64,000 bases of DNA from an uncultured Gemmatimonadaceae bacterium (GTDB lineage: Bacteria; Gemmatimonadota; Gemmatimonadetes; Gemmatimonadales; GWC2-71-9). A model generated the notes under the pieces. That model saw nothing but the letters and a program-made list of their open reading frames with translations, searched no databases and had not been told where the DNA came from. Numbering within the stretch: the stretch's first letter is position 1; every line of letters begins with the position of its first letter. The stretch covers positions 1,063 to 65,062 of the forward strand of contig CAZKYO010000015.1 of assembly GCA_964557115.1 (NCBI GenBank), written 5' to 3'. This document shows, piece after piece, positions 54,178 to 63,349 of this stretch. Made by a program: the position numbers and the translations under genes.

Positions 54178-55548
54178 ATGCCCATTCGTCGAGCCCCGAT
54201 TGCGCTCCTGACGCTGCTGTTCGCCGCCGCCTGCGGGGGCGGCATGTCGCCCGACGCCGCGCGTCAGGCCGTCATCGTGAACGTCAACGGCACCACCCTC
54301 GACGGCGCGACCTTCGAGGAGCTGCTGCTCAAGGCGCCGCCCCAGTTCCCGCCGAGCCTGCAGAGCGCCGCCGTCTTCACCTCCGCGTTCATCGACGCCG
54401 CGCTGCTCCGTCGCGCCATCGTGCGCGCCGAGCCCCTCGCCGATTCCGCGATGGTCAGCGAGGCGATCACGGCCGACGCGATCCGGGGCACGGTGCTGGA
54501 GGCGTTGCAGGCGCGCGCGGCCACGATGCCGCCGATCTCGGAGGCGCAGGCCGACTCGGTCAGCCGGCTCGGGGCGGTGCGCGTCTTCCAGGACCTTTAC
54601 GTGCGGGTGCCCCCGAACGCCGACTCGGCCCAGCGCATCGCGGCCGTCCGGCGGATGCAGGGGCTCGACGAGCAGGTGCGCAACGGCGCCGACTTCACCG
54701 CGCTCGTGCGTCGATCCTCGGAGGACTCGCTCGCCGCGGCGACCGGTGGGTTCATGCCGGCGCTCACCCGGGAGCAGCTTGGCGACAGCCGGATGGCCAC
54801 CGCCGCCTGGCGGCTGCAGCCGGGCGAGGCGACGGAAGTGATCAGCGCGCCGAACGGCTTCCACATCTTCCGGCGCGCCACGATCGCCGAGTCTCGCCCG
54901 GGGGTCAGCCAGTGGCTGATGCCGCGCCTGGCCGAACGGATGGATTCGGCCTGGGTCGACTCGCTCGTCGCCGCCCGGAAGCTCACGCTTGCGAATGACG
55001 CCTTGTCGCGGCTGCGCGACCTGGTGGTGGAGCCCTATTCCGGTGGCGGGACGGCTCCCTTCGCCACCTGGGACGGTGGCGATCTCTCGCCGGACGAGGT
55101 GCGGATGTGGGTCCTCGTGCGGCCGGCCGTCGAGCGCTCGACGCTGCCGACGGCGCCGGACACCGTGCTGACGATCCTCGCGCGCCAGCTGGCGCGCCGG
55201 GAGCTGGCGTGGGAAGGCGCCGCGCCGGGCGCGCCGCGGGTCTCCCCGAGGGCCTGGGAGGCGCTGGCGCCGCTCTATCGCAAGGCGCTCGACGACATGA
55301 CCACGTTCTACCGGCCGGTGCTGACCAACGGAGACAGCATCACGGCGGTGCGCAACTACATGCTCCAGATCATCGGCGGGCAGGTGCCCTACCGTCCGCT
55401 CCCGGGCGCGCTCGGATGGATCCTGCGCCGCGATGCCGAGGTCACGATCAACCACGCGGCGATCGAGGCGCTGGTGAACGCGGCCTCCGCCAAGTGGCAG
55501 CCGGATACCGCGGCGCCCGCCCCGGCGACCGCCCCCGACAGCCAATGA
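54178..55548 (+). CDS. Peptidyl-prolyl cis-trans isomerase, SurA/PpiD-like (parvulin domain) lipoprotein
   Basis: Lipobox LFAAACG. Parvulin-like segment GGFMPALTREQLGD...ISAPNGFHIFRR. Trimmed to the ATG at 54178. Confidence 0.7.
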   Translation: MPIRRAPIALLTLLFAAACGGGMSPDAARQAVIVNVNGTTLDGATFEELLLKAPPQFPPSLQSAAVFTSAFIDAALLRRAIVRAEPLADSAMVSEAITADAIRGTVLEALQARAATMPPISEAQADSVSRLGAVRVFQDLYVRVPPNADSAQRIAAVRRMQGLDEQVRNGADFTALVRRSSEDSLAAATGGFMPALTREQLGDSRMATAAWRLQPGEATEVISAPNGFHIFRRATIAESRPGVSQWLMPRLAERMDSAWVDSLVAARKLTLANDALSRLRDLVVEPYSGGGTAPFATWDGGDLSPDEVRMWVLVRPAVERSTLPTAPDTVLTILARQLARRELAWEGAAPGAPRVSPRAWEALAPLYRKALDDMTTFYRPVLTNGDSITAVRNYMLQIIGGQVPYRPLPGALGWILRRDAEVTINHAAIEALVNAASAKWQPDTAAPAPATAPDSQ

Positions 55549-55829
55549 CCCTGTCGGCGATCCCCGGCGGGGTTCGCCTCCAGCTCCACGTGCAGCCCGG
55601 CGCCTCGCGAAGCGAGGTTGCCGGGCTGCATGGCGACCGCCTCAAGGTGCGCCTCGCGGCCGTGGCGGTCGACGGACGCGCCAATGACGCGCTGATCGAC
55701 TTCCTGGCCGATCGCCTCGGGGTGGCGCGCCACGCCATCACGATCGTGCGCGGCGCGCATGCGCGGCAGAAGGTGGTCGAGGTGGTCGGGGTGGACGAGG
55801 CGACGGTGCGAGGGGTGATGCTGGGGTAG
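55545..55829 (+). CDS. DUF167 (YggU) family protein
   Basis: LQLHVQPGASRSEVAGLHGDRLKVRLAAVAVDGRANDALIDFLA is the YggU signature. ATGA overlap with the PPIase gene. Confidence 0.75.
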   Translation: MTLSAIPGGVRLQLHVQPGASRSEVAGLHGDRLKVRLAAVAVDGRANDALIDFLADRLGVARHAITIVRGAHARQKVVEVVGVDEATVRGVMLG

Positions 55830-55838
55830 GACGCCTGG

Positions 55839-56339
55839 TCAGCCGCCCGCGGCCTTGCGCTCCGCGTCGCGGCGCGACTGCACGGCGAGGAGTTGCTGCA
55901 GCCGGCGGCGCTCGGGGATCGGGAACGGGTGCTTGGGCGAGAGCCGGCGCCAGCCGTCCGGACCATGTCCCACCCAGAGCACGTCGAGCACGAGCACCAG
56001 TTCGCGCGCCAGCGCGCCGAGCGGGCAGGCGAGCGCGGCCGAACGTTCCTGCGACAGCGTCATGTCCGCATGCCCGCTCCGCCGGTCGGCCCAGCTGTGG
56101 ACGCGCAGGTGGACGAGCTCGTCGTCGCGCTCCAGGGACCACTCGTGGACGCCCGGGGCGTCCTCGAGCACCAGCGATGCATGGTCGGCGCCCTCCATCA
56201 GCGCGATCACGGCGCGCGCGAGGTCGCCGAGGGCATCGGTCTCGTCGGTTGCCTGCATGGCGACGCGCAGGTCGTCGGCCTCGAGGGCGACGACGGCCCG
56301 TCCCGGGGTGGTGAGCGAATAGCGGAGCGAGAAGGCCAT
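55839..56339 (-). CDS. Hypothetical cytoplasmic protein (166 aa)
   Basis: Trimmed to the ATG at 56339 (MAFSLRYSL). High GC3 and non-repetitive composition. No motif recognised. Confidence 0.45.
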   Translation of the reverse strand: MAFSLRYSLTTPGRAVVALEADDLRVAMQATDETDALGDLARAVIALMEGADHASLVLEDAPGVHEWSLERDDELVHLRVHSWADRRSGHADMTLSQERSAALACPLGALARELVLVLDVLWVGHGPDGWRRLSPKHPFPIPERRRLQQLLAVQSRRDAERKAAGG

Positions 56340-56483
56340 GCGATCTGCGGTCAGGGGAACAAGGGAGCCAGCCGTCCCCGAAGTATCGTCCCGTCGGGAC
56401 CGCCGAGACAGGGGGTGTGCTCGCCGCGAGGTTGCAGGCCCATCGGAGGGCGACGAGATTCGGCGGTCGTGCTTCCCGCTCCG

Positions 56484-57710
56484 ATGACCTGGCTGCTCCT
56501 CCCGCCGCTGGCGGCGATCCTCGCGGTGCCCCGCGACGCGCGCGGCGTCGCGGCCGCGCGCCTGGTCCTGGCCACGTTCGCGGTCGCCACGCTGGCCGTC
56601 GCCGTGGGCGAGGCCGCGATGCCTGCAGTCGAGGCGTTCGGTGCCGCCGGGCCCGGCAACCCCCTCTTCCTCTCGATCACCGCCGGCCTGGTCCTCGGCG
56701 CGGCGTGGCCATGGCCGAGAGCCACGCGACGGAGTGCCGTCGCGCTGGTGCCGCTGCTTGCCTGCATGCTCTGGGCGATTCGTGGCGCACTGCACCTTCC
56801 CGGGCTCGCCCTGGGGACGGTCTTCGGCGCGTTGCCGTTGGTGGTCGGATGGGTGGCGCCGCGTCGCGCACCACTGGCGGCCTCGGGTGTTGTCCATCGG
56901 TCGACATGGGTCGCGCTTGGCGTCACGCTGCTCGCGGCCGGTCTCGCCATGCTCGAACCGATGGCGATCGCGTTGCTCGCGCCGGCCGTTCCGATCGCCT
57001 GGCGCCTCGGCGCCGGCCGCCACGAGCACCTTTCCGCCCGCCGCCTGGTGCTGCCGGTCGTCGCGACCCTCGCCGCGGCTGCCCTCGGCTGGTTCGCCTT
57101 CACCATCGCCGGCGATCCACTGGCCCGGCTGGTCAGCTTCTTCAGCGTGGAGCCGGTCTCGCCGGCGGCCGAAGGCTGGCTGGGCGTGCTGGCGCTGGCG
57201 CTCGTCGCGGCGATGCAGGCGCCGTGGCCGCTGCACCGGTTCGGACCGGGGGTGCTGCTGGCGCCGGCGGCGTCGCTCCTCGCCTGGCGGATGTCCGCCT
57301 CGGTGGCGCCTGAGGTCCTCGCCGGTTGGCAGCCCGTGGTCGGGATGGTGCTCGTCCCCTCGGCCATCATTGCCGCCTGGCGCGGGCACTGGCCGACGGC
57401 GCTGGGGAGCGCCGGATTGGTGGTTGCGTTCCGGCCCGAGCCGCTCGCGATGGCCGGGATCCTCCTCGCGAGCGCGGGCGCCGTCGCACTGGCGATTGAT
57501 GGTGCAACCCGGAACCTCGTGGCCCCCGACCGGGTTACCTTCTCGGGGACCAATTGGGCCGCGCTCCTCGCGGGCGCCGGGATGGCGGCGACTGCCGGCG
57601 CCCTGCTGCACCATGAGGTGGTCCTGGCCTCCGTGCTCGCCTGGGGACTGTCGTCCGCGGCGGCGCGCGTCGTGCGCGCGGCGGCGATCCCCGCTGACCC
57701 TTCATCCTGA
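56484..57710 (+). CDS. Hypothetical polytopic membrane protein (about 10-12 TM, Ala/Leu-rich)
   Basis: Trimmed to the ATG at 56484 ([13 protein letters not shown]). High GC3. Followed after 20 nt by the SOD gene. Confidence 0.5.
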   Translation: MTWLLLPPLAAILAVPRDARGVAAARLVLATFAVATLAVAVGEAAMPAVEAFGAAGPGNPLFLSITAGLVLGAAWPWPRATRRSAVALVPLLACMLWAIRGALHLPGLALGTVFGALPLVVGWVAPRRAPLAASGVVHRSTWVALGVTLLAAGLAMLEPMAIALLAPAVPIAWRLGAGRHEHLSARRLVLPVVATLAAAALGWFAFTIAGDPLARLVSFFSVEPVSPAAEGWLGVLALALVAAMQAPWPLHRFGPGVLLAPAASLLAWRMSASVAPEVLAGWQPVVGMVLVPSAIIAAWRGHWPTALGSAGLVVAFRPEPLAMAGILLASAGAVALAIDGATRNLVAPDRVTFSGTNWAALLAGAGMAATAGALLHHEVVLASVLAWGLSSAAARVVRAAAIPADPSS

Positions 57711-57730
57711 CGTCCCGGGGATTGCATCCG

Positions 57731-58342
57731 ATGGCCTACTCCGTCCCGCCCCTCCCGTACGACTACAACGCGCTGGAACCGCACATCGACGAACAGACGA
57801 TGCGGATCCACCACGACAAGCACCACGCCGCGTACGTCGCCAAGCTGAACGCCGCGCTGGAAGGCCTCGATGCCCTGTCGGCGATGCCGGTGGAGCAGTT
57901 GATCGCCAACCTTTCGCAGGTGCCCGAGGCGAAGCGCGGCGCCGTCCGCAACAACGGCGGCGGCCACGCCAACCACACGCTCTTCTGGGAGGTCATGGCC
58001 CCCGGCGGCGCCGGCGCGCCCGAGGGCGACCTGGCGGCCGCCATCGACCAGTCGTTCGGATCGTTCGCGGCCTTCCAGGAGAAGTTTGCCGATGCGTGCG
58101 CCACGCGATTCGGTTCGGGTTGGGGCTGGTTGAGCGTCGGGGCGAACGGATCGCTCGTCGTCGAGAGCACGCCCAACCAGGACTCCCCGCTGATGGAGGG
58201 GCGCACGCCGATCCTCGGCTGCGACGTCTGGGAGCACGCCTACTACCTCAAGTACCAGAACCGCCGGCCCGACTATGTCGGCGCCTGGTGGAACGTGGTG
58301 AACTGGACCGAGGTCGCCCGACGCTTCAAGGCCGCTCGGTGA
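57731..58342 (+). CDS. Fe/Mn superoxide dismutase
   Basis: [32 protein letters not shown] and the C-terminal D-VWEHAYYL metal-ligand motif. Confidence 0.9.
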   Translation: MAYSVPPLPYDYNALEPHIDEQTMRIHHDKHHAAYVAKLNAALEGLDALSAMPVEQLIANLSQVPEAKRGAVRNNGGGHANHTLFWEVMAPGGAGAPEGDLAAAIDQSFGSFAAFQEKFADACATRFGSGWGWLSVGANGSLVVESTPNQDSPLMEGRTPILGCDVWEHAYYLKYQNRRPDYVGAWWNVVNWTEVARRFKAAR

Positions 58343-58803
58343 GCGACGCGCCAGCGGCCGGCGCGCCGGCGCCCGACTTCACGCTGCCGTCCACCGGCGG
58401 CGGCACGGTGACGCTGTCGTCGTTCCGCGGGCAGCAACCGGTGCTGCTCGCCTTCGTGCCCGCGGCGTTCACCAGCACCTGCACGGCCGAGCTCTGCGAG
58501 ATGAGCGAGGATTACGGACGCTACGCGGCGCTCGGCGCGGCGGTGCTGCCGATCTCGGTGGACCTGATCCCGAGCCAGAAGGCGTGGCAGGCGCAGGCGG
58601 GGATCTCGGTCGACCTGCTGAGCGACGCGCGGCGCGAGGTGACGCGACGCTACGGGGTGCTCGAGGAGGAGCGGTTCCAGGCGCGGCGCGCCTACTTCCT
58701 CGTCGATCGCGACGGCGTGGTCCGATGGTCGCATGTCGAGGCGAAGGGCGCCGAGAAACGCTCGACCGACGAATTGATCGCGCAACTGGAGGCGCTTGCC
58801 TGA
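58339..58803 (+). CDS. Peroxiredoxin (AhpC/TSA, Bcp/AhpE-like)
   Basis: GTG at 58339 forms a GTGA overlap with the SOD stop. APDFTLPS...[17 protein letters not shown] peroxidatic Cys motif. Confidence 0.85.
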   Translation: MSDAPAAGAPAPDFTLPSTGGGTVTLSSFRGQQPVLLAFVPAAFTSTCTAELCEMSEDYGRYAALGAAVLPISVDLIPSQKAWQAQAGISVDLLSDARREVTRRYGVLEEERFQARRAYFLVDRDGVVRWSHVEAKGAEKRSTDELIAQLEALA

Positions 58804-60283
58804 CCATGCGCCCGCCGCTCCAGCGGACCGGGTGACCCCGGTGGCAAAGGCGGGCGTCGTGCCGCCACCCTTGGCGGTGATCAGCGCCGCGGCCCGGGCG
58901 CTGGCGGGTGAGGGCGCGCCGGCCGAGCGCTTCCAGCGACTCTGCGACCAGCTGCGCACCATGCTGCCGGCCGAGGCGGTGCGGCTCCACGCCGGCCAGC
59001 GACGCGGCGACCGCCTCGCGGCGGGTGACGGCACGCCCGCCTCGGCCGCGTGCCTGGTGGACGTGCCCTGGGGGGCGGGTCGCCACGCGGTGCTCGAGGC
59101 GGTCGGCTCGCCCCGGGCGCCCGCCGAGCTGCGGCCGGTGCTGGAGACGGTGGCCGAGCTGCTCGCGGCGGTCATGCCGGCGATCGAGGAATCGAGCGAC
59201 GGCGCAATCCTCGAGCGGTCGCTCCACCGTCTCACCGTCGATTCGCTCCCCGTGGGCCTCTACGTGGTGGATCGCGACTACCGGATCGTGGTCTGGAACC
59301 GGAAGCGCGAGACCGGCACCCAGGGGCTGCGGCGCGCCGAGGTCCTCGGCCGGCCGGTGTTCGAGGTGCTGCACCGCCATCCGGCGGCCCTGCTGCGCGA
59401 CGAGTTCGAGCGGGTCTTCACCACCGGCGAGACGATGGAGAGCGAGCAGGACGTGCCGGGCGAGGCGGGGACGCGCACCTATCGCACCACCCGCCTGCCG
59501 ATGCGCCTGGACGGCGACCAGATCAGCCACGTGATCACGATCGGCGAGGACGTCACCGAGACCCGCGCGATCCAGGTGGCGATGCACCAGACCGAGAAGC
59601 TCGCCGCAGTGGGCCAGCTGGCCGCCGGCGTGATGCACGAGATCAACAACCCGCTCGCCACGATCGGCGCCTGCGTCGCGGCCATCTCGTCCCGCCTCGG
59701 CGGCACCGCCGAGCCGGTGGTGCGCGAGTACCTCGACATCATCGAGTCCGAAGTCTCGCGTTGCACCAACATCGTGGACGGCCTGCTCGACTTTTCCCGT
59801 GCGGGACGGAGCGGCGACGGCGTGGAGCCGACGGACCTCAACGCGCTGCTCGAGCGGACGCTCTTCCTGCTCAAGCACCACCAGCGGTTCCGGCGCCTCG
59901 AGGTGGTGCGCGACCTCGACGCCGACCTGCCGCCGGTCCGCGGCAACGAGGAGCGCCTGATCCAGGCGGCGATGGCGATCCTCCTCAACGCGGCCGACGC
60001 GACCGGCGGGCGGGGGACCGTGACGATCCGGACCCGGCACGAGCCGCCGTGGATCGTGGCCGAGCTGTCGGACGACGGCCCGGGGATCCCGCCGGAAGTG
60101 CTGCCGAAGATCTTCGAGCCGTTCTTCACCACGAAGGGACCGAGCCGCGGCACCGGCCTCGGGCTGGCGATCTGCTACGGCATCATCGCCGACCACCATG
60201 GCCGGCTGGATGTCCGCAGCGAGCCCGGGCTGACCACCTTCCGCATCGCCCTGCCGCCCGCGCGGCAGGCGGGGGTCGCATGA
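58796..60283 (+). CDS. Cytoplasmic sensor histidine kinase (N-terminal GAF-like region, PAS, HisKA, HATPase_c)
   Basis: PAS LPVGLYVVDRDYRIVVWN, H-box GVMHEINNPL, N/G boxes LLNAADA and DDGPGI...GTGLGL. No TM helix seen. The start is uncertain (TTG at 58796, or GTG at 58832/58841). Confidence 0.8.
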   Translation: MPDHAPAAPADRVTPVAKAGVVPPPLAVISAAARALAGEGAPAERFQRLCDQLRTMLPAEAVRLHAGQRRGDRLAAGDGTPASAACLVDVPWGAGRHAVLEAVGSPRAPAELRPVLETVAELLAAVMPAIEESSDGAILERSLHRLTVDSLPVGLYVVDRDYRIVVWNRKRETGTQGLRRAEVLGRPVFEVLHRHPAALLRDEFERVFTTGETMESEQDVPGEAGTRTYRTTRLPMRLDGDQISHVITIGEDVTETRAIQVAMHQTEKLAAVGQLAAGVMHEINNPLATIGACVAAISSRLGGTAEPVVREYLDIIESEVSRCTNIVDGLLDFSRAGRSGDGVEPTDLNALLERTLFLLKHHQRFRRLEVVRDLDADLPPVRGNEERLIQAAMAILLNAADATGGRGTVTIRTRHEPPWIVAELSDDGPGIPPEVLPKIFEPFFTTKGPSRGTGLGLAICYGIIADHHGRLDVRSEPGLTTFRIALPPARQAGVA

Positions 60284-60948
60284 AGCTCCTGGTGGTGGAG
60301 GACGACCGCACGGTCGGGCAATACGTCAAGCGCGGCCTCGAGGAGGCGCAGTACAACGCCGACTGGGTCGCCGACGGCGGCGAGGCGCTCGAGGTGATCG
60401 CCGCGGCGCCGTACGACCTCGTGATCCTCGACCTGCGGCTGCCGGGACTGACCGGGCTCGAGGTGCTCCGCACCCTGCGTGATCGCGGCCACGCGATGCC
60501 GATCCTGGTGCTCACGGCGCAGGACAGCGTCGACTTCAAGGTCGACGCCCTGCGGGCCGGCGCCGACGACTATGTCACCAAGCCGTTCGCCTTCGAGGAA
60601 CTGCTGGCCCGGATCGAGGCGCTGTCGCGCCGGCCGCGCGCGCTGGCGACCCGGGTGCTCGCGGTGGCCGACCTGGAGGTCGACCTCGACGCGCGCGAGG
60701 TGCGCCGCGCCGGCACGCTGATCGACCTGACGCCCAAGGAATACACGGTGCTCGAGTACCTGATGCGCCACGCCGGCCGGGTGATGTCGCGCACGCTGAT
60801 CACCGAGTACGCGTGGGACTATCACTTCGACCCGGGAACCAACATCGTCGACGTGGTGATCAACCGGCTGCGCAAGAAGGTCGACGCCAACTTCCCGCGC
60901 AAGCTGGTCCACACCGTGCGCGGGGTCGGGTACGTGGTGAAGGGCTAG
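60280..60948 (+). CDS. OmpR/PhoB-family response regulator
   Basis: Receiver domain (DLVILDLRLPG, K-P-F) plus a winged-helix C-terminus (LTPKEYTVLEYLM...VRGVGY). ATGA overlap with the upstream kinase. Confidence 0.9.
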   Translation: MKLLVVEDDRTVGQYVKRGLEEAQYNADWVADGGEALEVIAAAPYDLVILDLRLPGLTGLEVLRTLRDRGHAMPILVLTAQDSVDFKVDALRAGADDYVTKPFAFEELLARIEALSRRPRALATRVLAVADLEVDLDAREVRRAGTLIDLTPKEYTVLEYLMRHAGRVMSRTLITEYAWDYHFDPGTNIVDVVINRLRKKVDANFPRKLVHTVRGVGYVVKG

Positions 60949-62445
60949 ATGCAGAGCATCCGGTGGCGGCTCACCCTGTTCTACGGGGCCGCGCTGATCA
61001 TGACGATCCTGGTCTTCGGCGTGGCGCTCTACGTCGAGCGTCGCACCTCGGCCCAGCGCGAGCGGCAGGCCGCGCTGGAGGGACGGATCCAGGGCGAGGC
61101 CCAGCTGATCCGCCGCACCATGGAGGAGCGGGCCCGGGTGCTGCCCCGCATCGTCCTCGCGACCGCCTCGTCGACCCGTCCCTCCGACACCACCTACGAG
61201 CTGCTGCAGGAGTTCCGCGCCTTCCTCGACGGCTTCAGCGACCTGCTGTTCGTGATGGACCCGGGTGGTCGGCTGCTGTACGTCTCGCCCGCCGCCGCCT
61301 CGATCGAGGCCGCCGACCTCACCCAGATCCGCCGCGTGATGCTCAGGCAGCCGATCGAGCCGCGGCTCGGCCGGATCCGGCTCAGCGAGGAGCCGGTGCC
61401 GCACTGGTTCACCCTCGACACGCTGGGCGGCGCGGCACAGCGCGAGGTGCGGAGCCTGCTGATCGCCGCCGCGCCGACCACGGCCCTCTACGGCCCCTCG
61501 CAGTTGCTCGTCTCGATGCTGCTGGTGGCGCCGTTCATCCTGATCGCGTCGGGGCTGCTCGGCTACTGGCTCGCGGGGAAGTCGCTGGCGCCGCTCGAGC
61601 AGCTGATCCAGGAGGTGGAGGCGATCCAGGACGGCCGCTCGCTGCACCGCCGCGTCGCGGTCGCCACCGGCAGCGACGAGCTGGCGCGCCTGGGGGCCAA
61701 CCTCAACGCGATGCTGAGCCGGGTGGAGCGCAGCTTCGTGGCACTCCGTCGCTTCACCGCCGATGCGTCCCACGAGCTGAAGACGCCGCTGATGGTGCTG
61801 CGCGCCGGGGTCGAGCGGTCGCTCACCCACCCGGAAACGCCCGGCGAGGTGGTGCACACGCTGGATGAGACGCTGCGTCAGGTCAACGAGATGACCGAAT
61901 TGGTGACCAACCTCCTCACCCTCGCGCGAGTGGACGAGGGACGCAGCACCCTGGTCCTGGCCGAGACGGACCTGGTCGCGCTGGTGGGCGAGGCGGTGGA
62001 GACGGCCGAGCTCCTCGGCGAGCAGCAGGGGATCATCGTGGCCTTCGACCTCCCTGCCAAGCCGGTGATGGTGATGGCCGAGCCGGGCCGCCTCCGCCAG
62101 CTGCTGATGAACCTCCTCACCAACGCGATCAAGTACACGCCGCAAGGTGGCGCGGTCGAGGTGGCGCTCGGCTTGGCGGACGGCGCCGCGGTGCTCCAGG
62201 TCCGCGACACCGGGATCGGGATCGCCCCGGGCGACCTCGAGCACGTCTTCGAGCGGTTCTGGCGGGCCGACCCGGCCCGCTCGCGGACCGGGGAGCGGCC
62301 GGGGGCCGGACTCGGCCTCGCGATCGCCAAGTGGATCACCGAGGCGCACGGGGGTACCATCGAGGTGCAGAGCCGGCCGGGGCGGGGGACGACGTTCACG
62401 GTGCGGCTGCCGCTGGCCGGGGGGCCGGACCTCCAGCCCGCCTGA
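60949..62445 (+). CDS. Membrane sensor histidine kinase (2 TM + periplasmic domain, HAMP, HisKA, HATPase_c)
   Basis: FTADASHELKTPL H-box, NLLTNAIKYT N-box, DTGIGI and GAGLGLAI G-boxes. The ATG directly follows the response regulator's TAG stop. Confidence 0.85.
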   Translation: MQSIRWRLTLFYGAALIMTILVFGVALYVERRTSAQRERQAALEGRIQGEAQLIRRTMEERARVLPRIVLATASSTRPSDTTYELLQEFRAFLDGFSDLLFVMDPGGRLLYVSPAAASIEAADLTQIRRVMLRQPIEPRLGRIRLSEEPVPHWFTLDTLGGAAQREVRSLLIAAAPTTALYGPSQLLVSMLLVAPFILIASGLLGYWLAGKSLAPLEQLIQEVEAIQDGRSLHRRVAVATGSDELARLGANLNAMLSRVERSFVALRRFTADASHELKTPLMVLRAGVERSLTHPETPGEVVHTLDETLRQVNEMTELVTNLLTLARVDEGRSTLVLAETDLVALVGEAVETAELLGEQQGIIVAFDLPAKPVMVMAEPGRLRQLLMNLLTNAIKYTPQGGAVEVALGLADGAAVLQVRDTGIGIAPGDLEHVFERFWRADPARSRTGERPGAGLGLAIAKWITEAHGGTIEVQSRPGRGTTFTVRLPLAGGPDLQPA

Positions 62446-62450
62446 TCCCG

Positions 62451-62483
62451 ATTGTTCATCGACTTGTCATCGAATTGTCATCC
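62451..62483. promoter_or_regulatory. Three tandem 11-bp direct repeats (ATTGTTCATCG / ACTTGTCATCG / AATTGTCATCC) upstream of tonB
   Basis: Seen directly, immediately after the kinase stop and about 85 nt upstream of the tonB GTG. The helical-turn periodicity is typical of OmpR/PhoB-family binding sites. Confidence 0.4.
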
Positions 62484-62566
62484 GGCGGTGAGGCGAGTGC
62501 GAACTCCGCCCGACAGATTCTCCCCCAGGTAACCCGTCCACCTCCATCTCGCGGAGGACCGTCGTA

Positions 62567-63289
62567 GTGTTCGAGAACCTGATCGAGTCCAAGCCGAAGA
62601 AGGAGCGCACCCTCGGGCAGACCGCGCTGTCGATGGTCCTGCACGTGGCGCTCATCTTCCTGGCGGTGAAGGCGACCGCGGGCGTGGCCGAGCAGGCGGC
62701 GAAGATCGTGCAGCAGGAGACGTCGTTCCTGCTGCCGCCGCCGCCCCCGCCGCCGCCCCCGCCGCCGGACGTGCCGCCCCCCGACGCGGTGGTGACCAAC
62801 AACCCGCCGCCGCAGGGCTTCCAGACGATCGTGCCGCCCAAGAATCTGCCGACGGAGATCCCGCCGGTGAACCTGAACGAGAAGTTCGACGCGCGCGACT
62901 TCTCGGGCCGGGGCGTGGCGGGCGGCGTGGCGACCGGCGTGATCGGCGGCACCGGGCCGGTGATCACCGACGCGGTGGCGGCCGGCGAGACGTACACGCA
63001 GGACGAGGTGGACGACCCGGTGCAGCGCACCGGCGGCCCCGAGCCGGTCTATCCGCAGGTGATGCGGAGCGTCGGCATCGAGGGCGTGGTGCGGCTGCGG
63101 TACGTGGTGGGGACCAACGGCAAGGCCGAGCCGTCCTCGATCCAGGTGCTCAGCTCGACCAACAAGGCGTTCGAGGCCCCGGCCATCGACGCGATTCGCA
63201 AGTCGACGTTCAAGCCGGCGAAGATGCGCGGCCAGGCCGTGCGCCAGCTGGTGGAGCAAGTCATCCGGTTCTCGCTGAACGCAGGCTGA
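62567..63289 (+). CDS. tonB: Energy transducer TonB
   Basis: GTG start with a GGAGGA SD. N-terminal TM helix, poly-Pro spacer (PPPPPPPPPPPDVPPPD), C-terminal TonB domain (YPQVMRSVGIEGVVRLRYVV...G). Confidence 0.85.
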   Translation: MFENLIESKPKKERTLGQTALSMVLHVALIFLAVKATAGVAEQAAKIVQQETSFLLPPPPPPPPPPPDVPPPDAVVTNNPPPQGFQTIVPPKNLPTEIPPVNLNEKFDARDFSGRGVAGGVATGVIGGTGPVITDAVAAGETYTQDEVDDPVQRTGGPEPVYPQVMRSVGIEGVVRLRYVVGTNGKAEPSSIQVLSSTNKAFEAPAIDAIRKSTFKPAKMRGQAVRQLVEQVIRFSLNAG

Positions 63290-63349
63290 GGACGACCGCG
63301 GACCGCGGCGTCGCGGTCGAGACCCATCATCACGAAAGGCAGCACCGCA

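Noticed and set aside
62734-62790. A GC-rich CCG/CCC tandem repeat.
   Set aside because: It encodes the poly-proline spacer of TonB (PPPPPPPPPPPDVPPPD), a normal feature of the protein and not a separate DNA element.
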